Sequence record: DRR723986_9304
Strand: one strand, 5' to 3'
DNA: 35,240 nt
Shown: piece after piece, positions 18,296 to 28,240 of the stretch
Layout: each line of letters begins with the position of its first letter
How positions within the stretch are numbered: position 1 is the first letter of the stretch
Notes under the pieces: generated by a model
Told to the model about the DNA's origin: nothing
The model's input: only the letters and a program-made list of their open reading frames with translations
Database searches by the model: none
Position numbers and translations under genes: made by a program

Positions 18296-18833
18296 TCTTC
18301 AACCTTTGGCGATTGGTCTCGATAGCGAACGCATATGAGACCGCCCGAGTGGCAAGGGCCACTATGTTCGGTGCGGTTTGGCTCTCGATCGTCCTCAATC
18401 GGCACAATCGAAAATCGTGCCGCCCCCTGGGACTACTGAGAGTGGAACGCCCGCTATGCGGTTAGCGAGCCTCGGCGGGAATGCCTATCCGACTGTTGGA
18501 ATCGGCAATCGCTAGAAGTGGAGTTGAAGGAAATACCGTTACAAGCTGCATTACGAGCCAAACACCAAAGTGCGCAAACTTTAACGGCTAACGCTGCTGC
18601 CTCTCGTCACCATGTTGCCGCCGCAAACTCGCAGAAACGTCCGTATTCTTGATGTCGGCCCCCTTTAGCGGTGTCCAGCCCATGGCAGCATTGAGGCCCT
18701 CGCCGCATTTCACCACAACGTGTATCCTCGGTGCACGGTTTCTAGTCCCACGTGATGCGCTCCGTGCGAACAGAAACCAAGGTGGGAGGAACGGTGCGGG
18801 ACACCAGGAAAAACTACGACTTAGGCGGTGGGA

Positions 18834-20003
18834 ATGAGCAATCCGAGGATTGATGGTACGGCACGATCAGAGAGCGTAAGCCACGACATCGCGGCAGCAT
18901 GCGATTGGATGGAGCGAGTCTATGACGCCGGTCGCTACTGCAAAATCTCCGTCCACCGAAATTGGTCGAAGCATAACCCGACGATCTGCGGCAAAGTAGC
19001 CTACCCGTCAGCGATCCGCTGGTACTTGCAACGCGAACTCTTTCGCTTGGCCAACAAGGGGGCCGTTATCGAGTTCGAGCCGTCGCGTGAGAGGATCGAT
19101 TTGAGCAGTCCGTTGCTGCTGGAGAAAATTGATCAGGCGTGGTTTGACCAAACGAAAAAGAAGGTCTTCCTATTCGGCCCCGAACGCACCGAGTTGTCAA
19201 TCGCGCGACTGCAACACTATTGTGGCACGCCAATCGAAGCCTTTCAGCGTTATGTGCTCCTGACGAATTACCAAATGCACATGGACGCGTTTGAGCAGAT
19301 GTTTCCCAACTGCGTCCGGCCGTCGAAAACGGTCCAGATGCCCGCGCTGCACCAGAGAACGAACGACAACAGCGGAATAACAATCGTCAACATTGGCGTC
19401 GGCCCATCGAATGCCAAGAACCTGACTGACCACTTGGCCGTGCTTCGCCCAGACGCCATGATCATGGTTGGCCACTGCGCCGGCGTCCGCAATCACCAAG
19501 ATATTGGCGATTTTGTGCTTGCATCAGGGTACATGCGGGACGACCGAGTACTCGACAAAGCGCTGCCGATGTCAGTACCGGTTACGCCAAGTTTTATACT
19601 AAATCGCTACTTAGCCAAAGTGCTCGACGACAACAGTTTGACTTACCGCCACGGGATCGTCATGACAACAGCGGACCGCAATTGGGAGATGTCGATCAGC
19701 AGCGCCATGGTTCACTTGCAAGCTAGTCGAAGTATTGCAGTCGACATGGAATCGGCAACGGTGGCCGCAAATGGCTTCCGATACCGGATTCCGTCGGCAA
19801 CGCTACTGTGCATCTCTGACAAGCCTCTGCATGGACGCCCCAAATTGCCCGATGCGGCACAAGCCTTCTATGCGGACACCAAGGCGCAACACTTAGAAGT
19901 CGCGCGAGCCGCCCTTTCGCTCGTCAAACAGCACTACCAAGGCGGTTTGCCCAGCACAGATTTGCGGGCAATGGACGAACCACTTTTTGGTTCAGACGCG
20001 TAG
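18834..20003 (+). CDS. amn: AMP nucleosidase
   Basis: RLQHYCGT, FQRYVLLTNY, QMPA, NIGVGPSNAK, GHCAG, DRNWE, AVDMESAT, SDKPLHG (PNP/UDP family, Amn-type motifs). Confidence 0.95.
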   Translation: MSNPRIDGTARSESVSHDIAAACDWMERVYDAGRYCKISVHRNWSKHNPTICGKVAYPSAIRWYLQRELFRLANKGAVIEFEPSRERIDLSSPLLLEKIDQAWFDQTKKKVFLFGPERTELSIARLQHYCGTPIEAFQRYVLLTNYQMHMDAFEQMFPNCVRPSKTVQMPALHQRTNDNSGITIVNIGVGPSNAKNLTDHLAVLRPDAMIMVGHCAGVRNHQDIGDFVLASGYMRDDRVLDKALPMSVPVTPSFILNRYLAKVLDDNSLTYRHGIVMTTADRNWEMSISSAMVHLQASRSIAVDMESATVAANGFRYRIPSATLLCISDKPLHGRPKLPDAAQAFYADTKAQHLEVARAALSLVKQHYQGGLPSTDLRAMDEPLFGSDA

Positions 20004-20035
20004 GGCTTAAAGCGTAGTACTGGGGAAAGACGCGA

Positions 20036-21850
20036 CTACTCGGCACCCGGCGGACAGTCATCTTGCCCGGGCCGGAAGTCCAGCAGCGTTTCGATGACAC
20101 CAAGCAATTGCTGCACCTTGAACGGTTTGTAAAGTAACGCTTTAGAGTGCAACCCAGCTTTGCGAGCATTAACAATTGAATGCCCCGGGTCATATCCGAA
20201 GCCAGTCATCAAAGCCATCGGAACGTACTCGGTCACTTTCATCAGCCGAAGCATCAATTGATAGCCGCTGTAGTCGGGCAATCGTATCGCAGAAATCACC
20301 ACGTCGTACGGATCGTGACCGCTATTGCGATACATATAAACCGCTTCGTCGCCGTTGTGAGCGGTCTCGACGATGCAGCCGTACTGATCGAGGATATCGT
20401 GGGCATCGTTGAGAATCGCCGCTTCCGCATCAACGACCAAGATTCGCTTGCCAAGTAGTTTGTGTTGCTGCTCGGGGCTGACACCAGCAGGCACAGCCGG
20501 AGCGGGCGCCATTTGCTGGCCGATATTTTGGATCACCGTGCGAATTGCCCTGGCGTTCTCCAGCACCCGCCGTAGCCGAGTGACAACTTCGACGTCTTGC
20601 CCCAAATTCTGTTCGATGACGTTGACCGCATCGTTCAAGATATTGTCTAGCGGAACGGCGACACCGCGGTGAATCATCGAACAGCTTCGCGCTGCAGCTT
20701 GGTTTTCCTGTCGCTCAAGAAGCTCCAAAGTGTTCAGGGCCACCGCAACGTCCCTGGCAAAGATCTCCAGAAACTGAAGATCGGCGGTGTCGAACGCTCG
20801 CGTCGTGTTGCTTTCGACATTGATCGTGCCAATGACAGTCTCTTGCAGTAGCAATGGAACGGTCAAAGAACTCGCTGCATCACCGAAAGACGTCAGGTAA
20901 AGCGGGTCTTGCGTTGTGTCTTGGCAAAGGTAGCTCTTCCCGGTTGCAGCCACATAGCCGGTGACGCCGTTGCCCTGGATCTTGGCTTCAAGTGGTCGGT
21001 TTGCGGCCGTATCATCAATGCCTACACCAAGCAGCGGTCGCAAGTTCTTAGTGGTCTGCTCGAGCAAGCGAATCTCGATAACATCGACATTCAGCAAGTC
21101 TTTCGTGTAGTGCCGAATGTTGTCCTTCAGCAATTCGACTCGTTCATAGGTGTCCATGGACGAGATTTCATCGGGCGTGATGTCCGTTAGTTCAATGCCC
21201 GCTTGGTGGATTGCAGCCAGTTTGTTTTGCTGCTTAATTTCACCAGTGATGTCAGTCACGGTCGCAACCAAGGCGGCTTGATCGGTGGCAGCATCCCGTA
21301 GCGGCGACACGTGGACTTGGAAGTAACGATTGTCCTCGGTCTGTAGCGTGCTGCTACTGGAAGAGGACGTGGCTAGAGCTGTATGAAACGGACAGAAGTC
21401 TGGCCCCATGATTTGCGGGTTACCAAGCACTTCGTAAAAGTTGCCGCCCCTTGGTTCAGAAACCTGCGCCCACTGGTGAAGCGTCTTGTTTGCCCAGGTG
21501 ACTTTCATGTCCTCGTTCAGCAGAGCGACACCATCGGGCATGCCTTCTAAAATGCGTTCGCTCTGAAGTAGGCGGACCAGTCCGTTTGCGCCGCCACGCC
21601 GGGACGAAAGATAGACGCCATCGTAGTCGCCGGACTGCAGCAACGAGATCGCTTGCAAACCATCGTCGGCATACTCAAGCTCGGCGCCTTCGGGGATATT
21701 CCCCTCTGGTGTGTCCTTTAACGCGGGTGAATCCGCAGTTGCTGCACTCTCCGGTGCATCCCCACTGGCAGTTGAAACGCCTGGTTCGGGAGCAACGCCC
21801 GCGTCGACCCACAGCACTTTTCCGGAAGACTCACTACCTGTAGCTGTCAC
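20036..21850 (-). CDS. PAS-GAF-receiver signalling protein with pseudo-receiver domain
   Basis: PAS (ILEGMPDGVALLN...WAN), GAF (GVTGYVAATGKSYLC...LTVPL...VIGTINVES), C-terminal REC (ILVVD...MTGFG...KPF); GGGAG before GTG 21850. Confidence 0.9.
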   Translation of the reverse strand: MTATGSESSGKVLWVDAGVAPEPGVSTASGDAPESAATADSPALKDTPEGNIPEGAELEYADDGLQAISLLQSGDYDGVYLSSRRGGANGLVRLLQSERILEGMPDGVALLNEDMKVTWANKTLHQWAQVSEPRGGNFYEVLGNPQIMGPDFCPFHTALATSSSSSSTLQTEDNRYFQVHVSPLRDAATDQAALVATVTDITGEIKQQNKLAAIHQAGIELTDITPDEISSMDTYERVELLKDNIRHYTKDLLNVDVIEIRLLEQTTKNLRPLLGVGIDDTAANRPLEAKIQGNGVTGYVAATGKSYLCQDTTQDPLYLTSFGDAASSLTVPLLLQETVIGTINVESNTTRAFDTADLQFLEIFARDVAVALNTLELLERQENQAAARSCSMIHRGVAVPLDNILNDAVNVIEQNLGQDVEVVTRLRRVLENARAIRTVIQNIGQQMAPAPAVPAGVSPEQQHKLLGKRILVVDAEAAILNDAHDILDQYGCIVETAHNGDEAVYMYRNSGHDPYDVVISAIRLPDYSGYQLMLRLMKVTEYVPMALMTGFGYDPGHSIVNARKAGLHSKALLYKPFKVQQLLGVIETLLDFRPGQDDCPPGAE

Positions 21851-22479
21851 TGAATGAGCTCCCTGAACACATAAGTGTACTTGGGCTGTCGTCGCGGTAT
21901 CACACGCTCGCACTTTACAAGTGAAGCATCTGAGAATGAATGCGACCGCCGCCTTGATCTTCGCCGTCCCACGATCGAATTATAGGAATCGACATTTTCG
22001 ATAGCAACTGTAAGCCGATCGTGCGAAGGCCCTACATTTGATACATCGTGGCGTCGCAGGAAGGTTGTCGATAGAGCGATCCCCGCAATCGCCACTGGCG
22101 TGGGTACGCCAAATTCCCTTAGGCGGTTGACGCGGCGGGAAACGCACCGCTAGCTAGAGACGCCGCACAAATACACCTAAGCCGTCGCAACCGGCCGGAC
22201 GTCAAACACCCGCTCAAGATAGCCTCAAAATATTTTCCAGCCCCTTCTGGCTGTGAAAGTCAGGCAGACCTAGCATGCCCGCCTCCTCCCCTTCGAAGAT
22301 CTCTGTAGAAAGAACGTCAGTTTAGAATTGGCGGATCGCGTCGCGCAGACCTTCTGAGAGCATTAGCCCCCTCGGATCTCCGTTCACTTCCAGGCGTGGC
22401 GTTCGCATCTTTAGGCAGAAACGATGCGGGACGAAACGCTGGTGCTGGGCGTCTCGTTGGAAAGTGGACTTCAAACGAG

Positions 22480-23388
22480 TTACAGGGCGATTCCGCCGGA
22501 GGCGCTGGAAGGTGTGATCTCGGGACTCATGTCCGATTCGGTTTGAGACTCGACTTGAGTTTCTTGCACGCCGATCTTTACGCTGCCGTTGGAAGTGCGC
22601 AAAGTTAGCTTGGCAGGTGCGTCGGACGATGATCCTGCAGTGATCGGGCCTGGAGTAATGATGTGCAAGCTGCGTTTCTTGGATTCAATGGTCTCAGCTA
22701 CTGGGCAATCGCAACGAATGCTGCCGTTCGAAGTCGACGCGACTACTTCAGCGGCAAAATCCTGAGGGAGTTTGATGCTAAGTGCTCCATTGCTGGTGCG
22801 GATCTCATTGTCGGCGCCGTAGAAAGGCCCCTCCCAGGCAACAGAACCGTTGCTCGTCCTGAACTTAATGGCTCCGTCGCAATTCTTTGCTTTTATGGAA
22901 CCGTTGCTCGTGCTGGCTGAGATGGAACCAATGATGTCAGCTAGCAAGATCTTGCCATTGCTGGTCGTCACGTCGACTTCGCCCGCTGTTCCAGAGATGT
23001 CAATTGTACCGTTGCTGGTGCGAAGCTTGAGATCAACGTTCTTGGGGACGGTCAGCGTGTAGCCAGCCGAAGCACTCCACTGCCCTGATGGTTTTTGGGC
23101 AGCCATGGTGAGCACGCCATTTTCAGCGGAGATTTCGGTCGTCATGAGTTCTACTGCCGCTTGGGCAGCTTCGGGAGTTTCGCCTCGAGCGACATACTTG
23201 ATGTCCATGTCGACGACGGGCTTGTCATGCGTCTTGATGGTGACCGTGCCATTAAAAGTACTGAGATCGACCATCTCCAGCGGCGACGTCTCAATCTGCT
23301 CCTGCACCAGCCGCTCGGCGCGGTGTTTAGGCAACATGCATCCAGTCATTGCTACGCAGGCGGCGGAGAGGGCAATCGTTCTAATCAC
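22480..23388 (-). CDS. DUF4097-type beta-strand-repeat lipoprotein
   Basis: Lipobox-like MTGC; seven TSNG repeats (LRTSNGTI, VTTSNGKI, ASTSNGSI and others). Confidence 0.9.
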   Translation of the reverse strand: MIRTIALSAACVAMTGCMLPKHRAERLVQEQIETSPLEMVDLSTFNGTVTIKTHDKPVVDMDIKYVARGETPEAAQAAVELMTTEISAENGVLTMAAQKPSGQWSASAGYTLTVPKNVDLKLRTSNGTIDISGTAGEVDVTTSNGKILLADIIGSISASTSNGSIKAKNCDGAIKFRTSNGSVAWEGPFYGADNEIRTSNGALSIKLPQDFAAEVVASTSNGSIRCDCPVAETIESKKRSLHIITPGPITAGSSSDAPAKLTLRTSNGSVKIGVQETQVESQTESDMSPEITPSSASGGIAL

Positions 23389-23797
23389 GTTCGTTTTTCC
23401 AGCAGTTGAGTGAGTTTATGGCGAAGCGGCCTTGAATCGGTCGCGGCGACTGAGACTCTGTCGTCGTCAGAAGTAGTCTATTCGGGGGACTTATCAAGAT
23501 ATTGGTTTTTTCGAACTCAGTGTTACCAAATCACGGCATCTAGTTCTCCAGAAGCGGCTTTTTTGCTTGCACTTTATTGACGTATCGGAGTTGTGGCCGG
23601 ATACTGCGCGGCCTTGCCTAGCTGGAGAGCGACGCCGCTCCGAGGCAAGCCTGGTGGTCAGCAAGATGGCTGACAGTAGCATGCGCGCTCGTGGAATTGC
23701 TTCAGCCCCGCGAGGCTTGGGTGCCCACCAGAGTTAGGATACGCAATTGACGCAGAATACACAGAATGGTCTGCGCCCAAGAATTTAGGAGTTCCGT

Positions 23798-25111
23798 GTG
23801 CCTGCTGCATGTGTGATAGGTCTGCAATGGGGTGATGAGGCCAAGGGGAAGTTGGTCGACTTGCTCGCCCCAAGTCACGACTGCGTTGTCCGCTACCAAG
23901 GTGGCGCGAACGCTGGCCACACTGTTGTCAGTGGGGACGAGGTCTACAAACTCCACCACGTTCCAAGCGGGATTCTTCACCCGCAAGTCGCCAACTTTAT
24001 CACTCCCGGCGTGGTTATCGAACCAACAACGCTAATTGGTGAACTGAAAGGACTGGAGGAGCGAGGGATCGATCCACGCCAGAACCTTACGATCAGCGAA
24101 CGAGCACACTTGGTGATGCCTTGGCATTTGGCCGAAGATGAGCTGATGAATAAGCTTCTGGTTCAGGGCGAAAACATCGGTACGACACTCCGCGGCATCG
24201 GCCCCTGCTATCGTGACAAAGTTGGGCGGACTTTCGCGGTACGGGCATCTGACCTTCTCCAAGCCGATTTGCCTCAACGACTGGCGGCTTTCCTGGCTGC
24301 CAAGCGCACGTTGCTCAAGGGCATGGGCGCCGACATGAACGACCCACGCCTGGACGAAGAGAAGATTGTCAGCGAAGCCAGCAGTTGGGCGGACCAATTA
24401 CGTCCGCTCATTGGCGACACCACCCACCGACTCTTGAGCGAATTGGAAAGTGGCAAACGTCTGTTGATGGAAGGCGCGCAGGGTTCGTTGCTGGACATCG
24501 ATCACGGAACTTTCCCGTTCGTAACCAGCAGTAATTCTTCGGGGGTCGGGATCAGCAGTGGATCTGGCGTACCAGCGAAGTGGCTGAAGCGAGTGATCGG
24601 CGTCGCCAAAGCCTACTCAACTCGCGTTGGCGGCGGACCGTTCCCGACTGAGCTGTCCTGTGATACCGGGCAAAAAATTCGCGACCTTGGCAATGAATAT
24701 GGAACGACAACAGGGCGTCCGCGTCGCTGTGGTTGGTTCGACGCGGTTGCAGTGCGTTACACGGCCCGGCTCAGTGGAGTGGATGCGTTGGCGCTGATGA
24801 TGATGGACGTGCTCGCCCACTTTGAAGAAATCAACGTGTGCGTGGCGTACGACATTGACGGCAAGCGTGTTGAGGATTTCCCATGCGACGCAGAAACGCT
24901 TCGCCGAGCGAAACCGATCTACGAAACGCTGCCGGGATGGAATACGGACGTCACTGGGGCTCGCACGCAAGACGATTTACCGCAGATTGCTCATGATTAC
25001 CTGGGCCGGATCAGCGAGCTGATTGGCGTTCCGGTAGAAATTATCTCTGTGGGGCCCGATCGCGCTCAAACGATTTTCAAGGACAAGGACCGGCTCTTGG
25101 ACTTGGGCTAA
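23798..25111 (+). CDS. purA: Adenylosuccinate synthetase
   Basis: [68 protein letters not shown]. Confidence 0.98.
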   Translation: MPAACVIGLQWGDEAKGKLVDLLAPSHDCVVRYQGGANAGHTVVSGDEVYKLHHVPSGILHPQVANFITPGVVIEPTTLIGELKGLEERGIDPRQNLTISERAHLVMPWHLAEDELMNKLLVQGENIGTTLRGIGPCYRDKVGRTFAVRASDLLQADLPQRLAAFLAAKRTLLKGMGADMNDPRLDEEKIVSEASSWADQLRPLIGDTTHRLLSELESGKRLLMEGAQGSLLDIDHGTFPFVTSSNSSGVGISSGSGVPAKWLKRVIGVAKAYSTRVGGGPFPTELSCDTGQKIRDLGNEYGTTTGRPRRCGWFDAVAVRYTARLSGVDALALMMMDVLAHFEEINVCVAYDIDGKRVEDFPCDAETLRRAKPIYETLPGWNTDVTGARTQDDLPQIAHDYLGRISELIGVPVEIISVGPDRAQTIFKDKDRLLDLG

Positions 25112-25148
25112 CCGAAGCTCTACAAAGAGCCTGACGAATGGAAATGCG

Positions 25149-25922
25149 ATGACTGATGGCCAGGAACCGGTTCAACCCGCTGACTCAAACGAGCTCAGTG
25201 TGCCGATCGAGCGTCGGCCAAAGCACATCGCGATCATCATGGACGGCAATGGGCGATGGGCGCAGTCGCAGGGCTTGCCACGAATCGAAGGGCATTTGCG
25301 TGGCGTTGAATCGGTGCGAACCGTTATGCAGGCCTGCCGCGACTTTTCGATCGAGTGCTTGACGCTGTACTGCTTCAGTAGTGAAAACTGGAAGCGTCCT
25401 GCCGACGAGCTCGACTTTCTGATGTCGCTGCTGAAGGAATACTTGATCGGTGAACGTGAAGAGCTGGTGCAGAATAACCTGCGGCTTCGCATCATCGGGC
25501 GTCGCGAAGGGCTGCCTGAGGAAGTTCTTCAAGAGATGGACAAGACGCTCGAAGCGTGTGCGAAGAATGACGGCATGACGCTCTGCCTGGCAATCAACTA
25601 TGGCGCACGCACAGAAGTCGTCGATGCGGTGCGTTCGGTTGTTCGGTCGCTGCCGGCCGGAGTCGCTGACGAGGATCTGGAGACACTGGTCACCGAAGAA
25701 ACCATTGACCAACATCTGTACACGCGTGGATTGCCAGATCCTGATTTGATGATTCGCACCAGCGGTGAAATGCGGATCAGCAATTTTCTGCTCTGGCAGA
25801 TCAGCTACGCCGAGTTGCATATCACCGATACAGCTTGGCCCGTGTTTGGGCGTGCGGAGTTGGCCAAGGCGATTGAAGACTACGCGAGTCGCGATCGACG
25901 TTTTGGCGGCATCAAGGTTTAA
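25149..25922 (+). CDS. uppS: Isoprenyl transferase (undecaprenyl diphosphate synthase)
   Basis: HIAIIMDGNGRWA, FSSENWKRP, NYGAR, IRTSGEMRISNFLLWQ, RRFGG. Confidence 0.98.
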   Translation: MTDGQEPVQPADSNELSVPIERRPKHIAIIMDGNGRWAQSQGLPRIEGHLRGVESVRTVMQACRDFSIECLTLYCFSSENWKRPADELDFLMSLLKEYLIGEREELVQNNLRLRIIGRREGLPEEVLQEMDKTLEACAKNDGMTLCLAINYGARTEVVDAVRSVVRSLPAGVADEDLETLVTEETIDQHLYTRGLPDPDLMIRTSGEMRISNFLLWQISYAELHITDTAWPVFGRAELAKAIEDYASRDRRFGGIKV

Positions 25923-25978
25923 CGCGGGGCCCGCCGCGGTAGTGGCTCAATTTTTACATTCCAACGAGATGCAGTAGG

Positions 25979-26926
25979 TTGTTAAAAGATAGACTTCTCT
26001 CCGCGCTGATCATTGTGTCCATTTCGCTGACGTTTGTGTATTTGGACGTTCAACATCCGATAGCCGGCTGCGACGGAGTGTGGATGTGCATACTGGGTTT
26101 TGTGCTTGTATTTGGCAGCGCGGTGGAATGCACGAAAATGGTTGGGCAGAGTCCCCTTGGGCGAATTGCTGCACCGGCGTTGATTGGATGCGCAGGAGTG
26201 ATGGTCGCGGCTGCGATTCCAATGCTTTGGCCACTAATTTCTATGGTTACTTCTGAAGGGGCTGGCGGAGAAATTTATCCGGTTGATTGTCTGCTTGGAC
26301 AGTTGGGGTGGCCGCTCGCTGCATCAGCTTTGGCAATGGTTGCTTCGTTTGCTTGGTTCATGCCATCCTATGCACCTGGAGAAGGTTTTCTAGTTCGCGC
26401 GATCCTTGCCGGTTGGGTAGCTGTCTACTTCGGCACATGCTTTTCGTTTGCAGTCGCGTTGCGGTTGCTGGGCGACAACGTTTGGGGCCTGTATGTGCTT
26501 GTTGGTGTGATTGTGATCACCAAATTTGCTGATGCCGGCGCTTATTTTGCCGGTCGAGCACTTGGGCGAACGAAGTTGTGCCCTGCCGTTAGCCCCGGCA
26601 AAACCGTTGAAGGCTTAGTGGGGGGCATGGTCGTTGCCTCCGCAGCGGGATGGATATACTTTTCCTACGCTGGAACGATGGCATTCGGCGAGGCGGTCGA
26701 CGTGCGTTTTGCGGGCGTTTTCGCCCTAGGAGTAGGGTTGACCATCGCGGGCGTCTTCGGTGATTTGGTGGAATCAATTGTCAAGCGTGAGACCGGCTGC
26801 AAAGACAGCGGGCGAGTGTTGCCTGGCTTAGGTGGTTTTTGGGACGTAACCGATTCGCTGCTCCCCGCCATGGTCGTCGCTTACTTAATCATTCTGTCGG
26901 ATTGGATCACCGGTCCGGGAATGTAG
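25979..26926 (+). CDS. cdsA: Phosphatidate cytidylyltransferase
   Basis: Multi-TM; DAGAYFAG, SPGKTVEG, GDLVESIVKR..GCKDSG; follows uppS. Confidence 0.93.
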   Translation: MLKDRLLSALIIVSISLTFVYLDVQHPIAGCDGVWMCILGFVLVFGSAVECTKMVGQSPLGRIAAPALIGCAGVMVAAAIPMLWPLISMVTSEGAGGEIYPVDCLLGQLGWPLAASALAMVASFAWFMPSYAPGEGFLVRAILAGWVAVYFGTCFSFAVALRLLGDNVWGLYVLVGVIVITKFADAGAYFAGRALGRTKLCPAVSPGKTVEGLVGGMVVASAAGWIYFSYAGTMAFGEAVDVRFAGVFALGVGLTIAGVFGDLVESIVKRETGCKDSGRVLPGLGGFWDVTDSLLPAMVVAYLIILSDWITGPGM

Positions 26927-27129
26927 GGTAAGTTTCATTGATGCACCGCTTCGTTTCGTAACTTCGTCGTGCATGCGCAGTGCGCGTGCTTGACGAGGGC
27001 ATTGCCGTCGCTGGTGAAACGCATGTGCCATCTCGGCTTGAACGCGATCAGATAATGATTGCGAGCCGGCGGATGAACTCGGGCAAACGATGTGCTCGGC
27101 AGAAAAAATCGAATTCGGGATGAATCACC

Positions 27130-28182
27130 ATGTCTGAAGCAAACATAAAAGTCACTGATCCGGACGTGATGCTGAACTTGTTCGGTCCCCAGGATCAATA
27201 CCTGAAGATGGTCCGGAACCACTTCGGAGTAGCGATCACGCATCGTGACGGCAAGCTCAAGATCATCGGTGAAGAAGCTGCTGTTCGGCATGCGACCGCG
27301 GCCATGGAACAGCTTCACGCGAGTGCGAAGTCCGGTGGGCTATCTCCGCAAGACATTCAGGCCGCGCTGACGGGCGTTTTGCCCGGTGCCTCGGAAACGC
27401 ACGCCCACAGCCGCCCTTCTGCCGGAGCCCCCTCGAAGAGTGGTCAGTTCTACGGGGGCGATCACGAAGTTGATTTGGCTCACCAAAGGCGAAAAATTAA
27501 GCCTCGTACCGAAGGACAGGGGGCCTACATCGGGGCGATGCGGAAATATGAACTCACGTTTTGCCGCGGACCGGCCGGGTGTGGAAAGACTTATTTGGCG
27601 GTCGCTTTGGCCGTTGAGGCCCTGAAAAGCCAGAGAATTCGCAAAATCGTGCTAGTTCGGCCAGCCGTTGAAGCCGGAGAAAGCCTTGGATTCCTGCCCG
27701 GCGACTTGCAGGCAAAGCTGAACCCGTACCTAAGGCCCCTTCTTGACGCCCTGAACGAAATGCTAGACTACGATCAAGTGAAATACTTGATGGAGCACGA
27801 CGTCATCGAAGTGATCCCGCTGGCCTACATGCGGGGTAGAACACTCAACGAGGCATTCATCATCCTGGACGAGGCTCAGAATACTACCTCAGCCCAAATG
27901 AAGATGTTCTTGACGAGAATGGGTGATGGCTCTCGAATTGTAGTTTCCGGCGACGTAACCCAAGTCGACTTGCCAGGCGGTGTCACTAGCGGACTCCGAG
28001 ATGCATGGCAACGCTTGGCTGGAGTGCGTGGAGTTGGGTTCATTACGCTTGATTCGGCCGACATCGTCCGTCACAAGCTCGTTCAAGACATTGTGAATCG
28101 ATACGAAAACCAATCCGGCACAGACATATCGCCGGTGAGGCCGTTTCGACCAGCGGGCACATCCAGCTCGGACCAGCAATAG
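27130..28182 (+). CDS. phoH: PhoH-family ATPase (YbeZ/PhoH-like)
   Basis: GPAGCGKT, RPAVEAGESLGFLPGD, YMRGRTL, ILDEAQN, GDVTQVDL. Confidence 0.96.
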   Translation: MSEANIKVTDPDVMLNLFGPQDQYLKMVRNHFGVAITHRDGKLKIIGEEAAVRHATAAMEQLHASAKSGGLSPQDIQAALTGVLPGASETHAHSRPSAGAPSKSGQFYGGDHEVDLAHQRRKIKPRTEGQGAYIGAMRKYELTFCRGPAGCGKTYLAVALAVEALKSQRIRKIVLVRPAVEAGESLGFLPGDLQAKLNPYLRPLLDALNEMLDYDQVKYLMEHDVIEVIPLAYMRGRTLNEAFIILDEAQNTTSAQMKMFLTRMGDGSRIVVSGDVTQVDLPGGVTSGLRDAWQRLAGVRGVGFITLDSADIVRHKLVQDIVNRYENQSGTDISPVRPFRPAGTSSSDQQ

Positions 28183-28240
28183 TTGGTTCCGATGACCAGA
28201 TGGTTCGCTGCTTGTCAGCTCGATTTATTAGAGGCCTTTC

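Noticed and set aside
22480-23388. Recurrent ACCAGCAA-type DNA repeats
   Set aside because: Explained by the TSNG protein repeats of DUF4097.
23798-25111. PurZ (2-aminoadenine pathway) interpretation
   Set aside because: The catalytic Asp in GDE is retained and the context is housekeeping.
26820-26860. CdsA motif variant PGLGGFWDVTDS (canonical PGHGGxLDRxDS)
   Set aside because: Both Asp residues and the KDSG motif are retained; treated as ordinary lineage drift.
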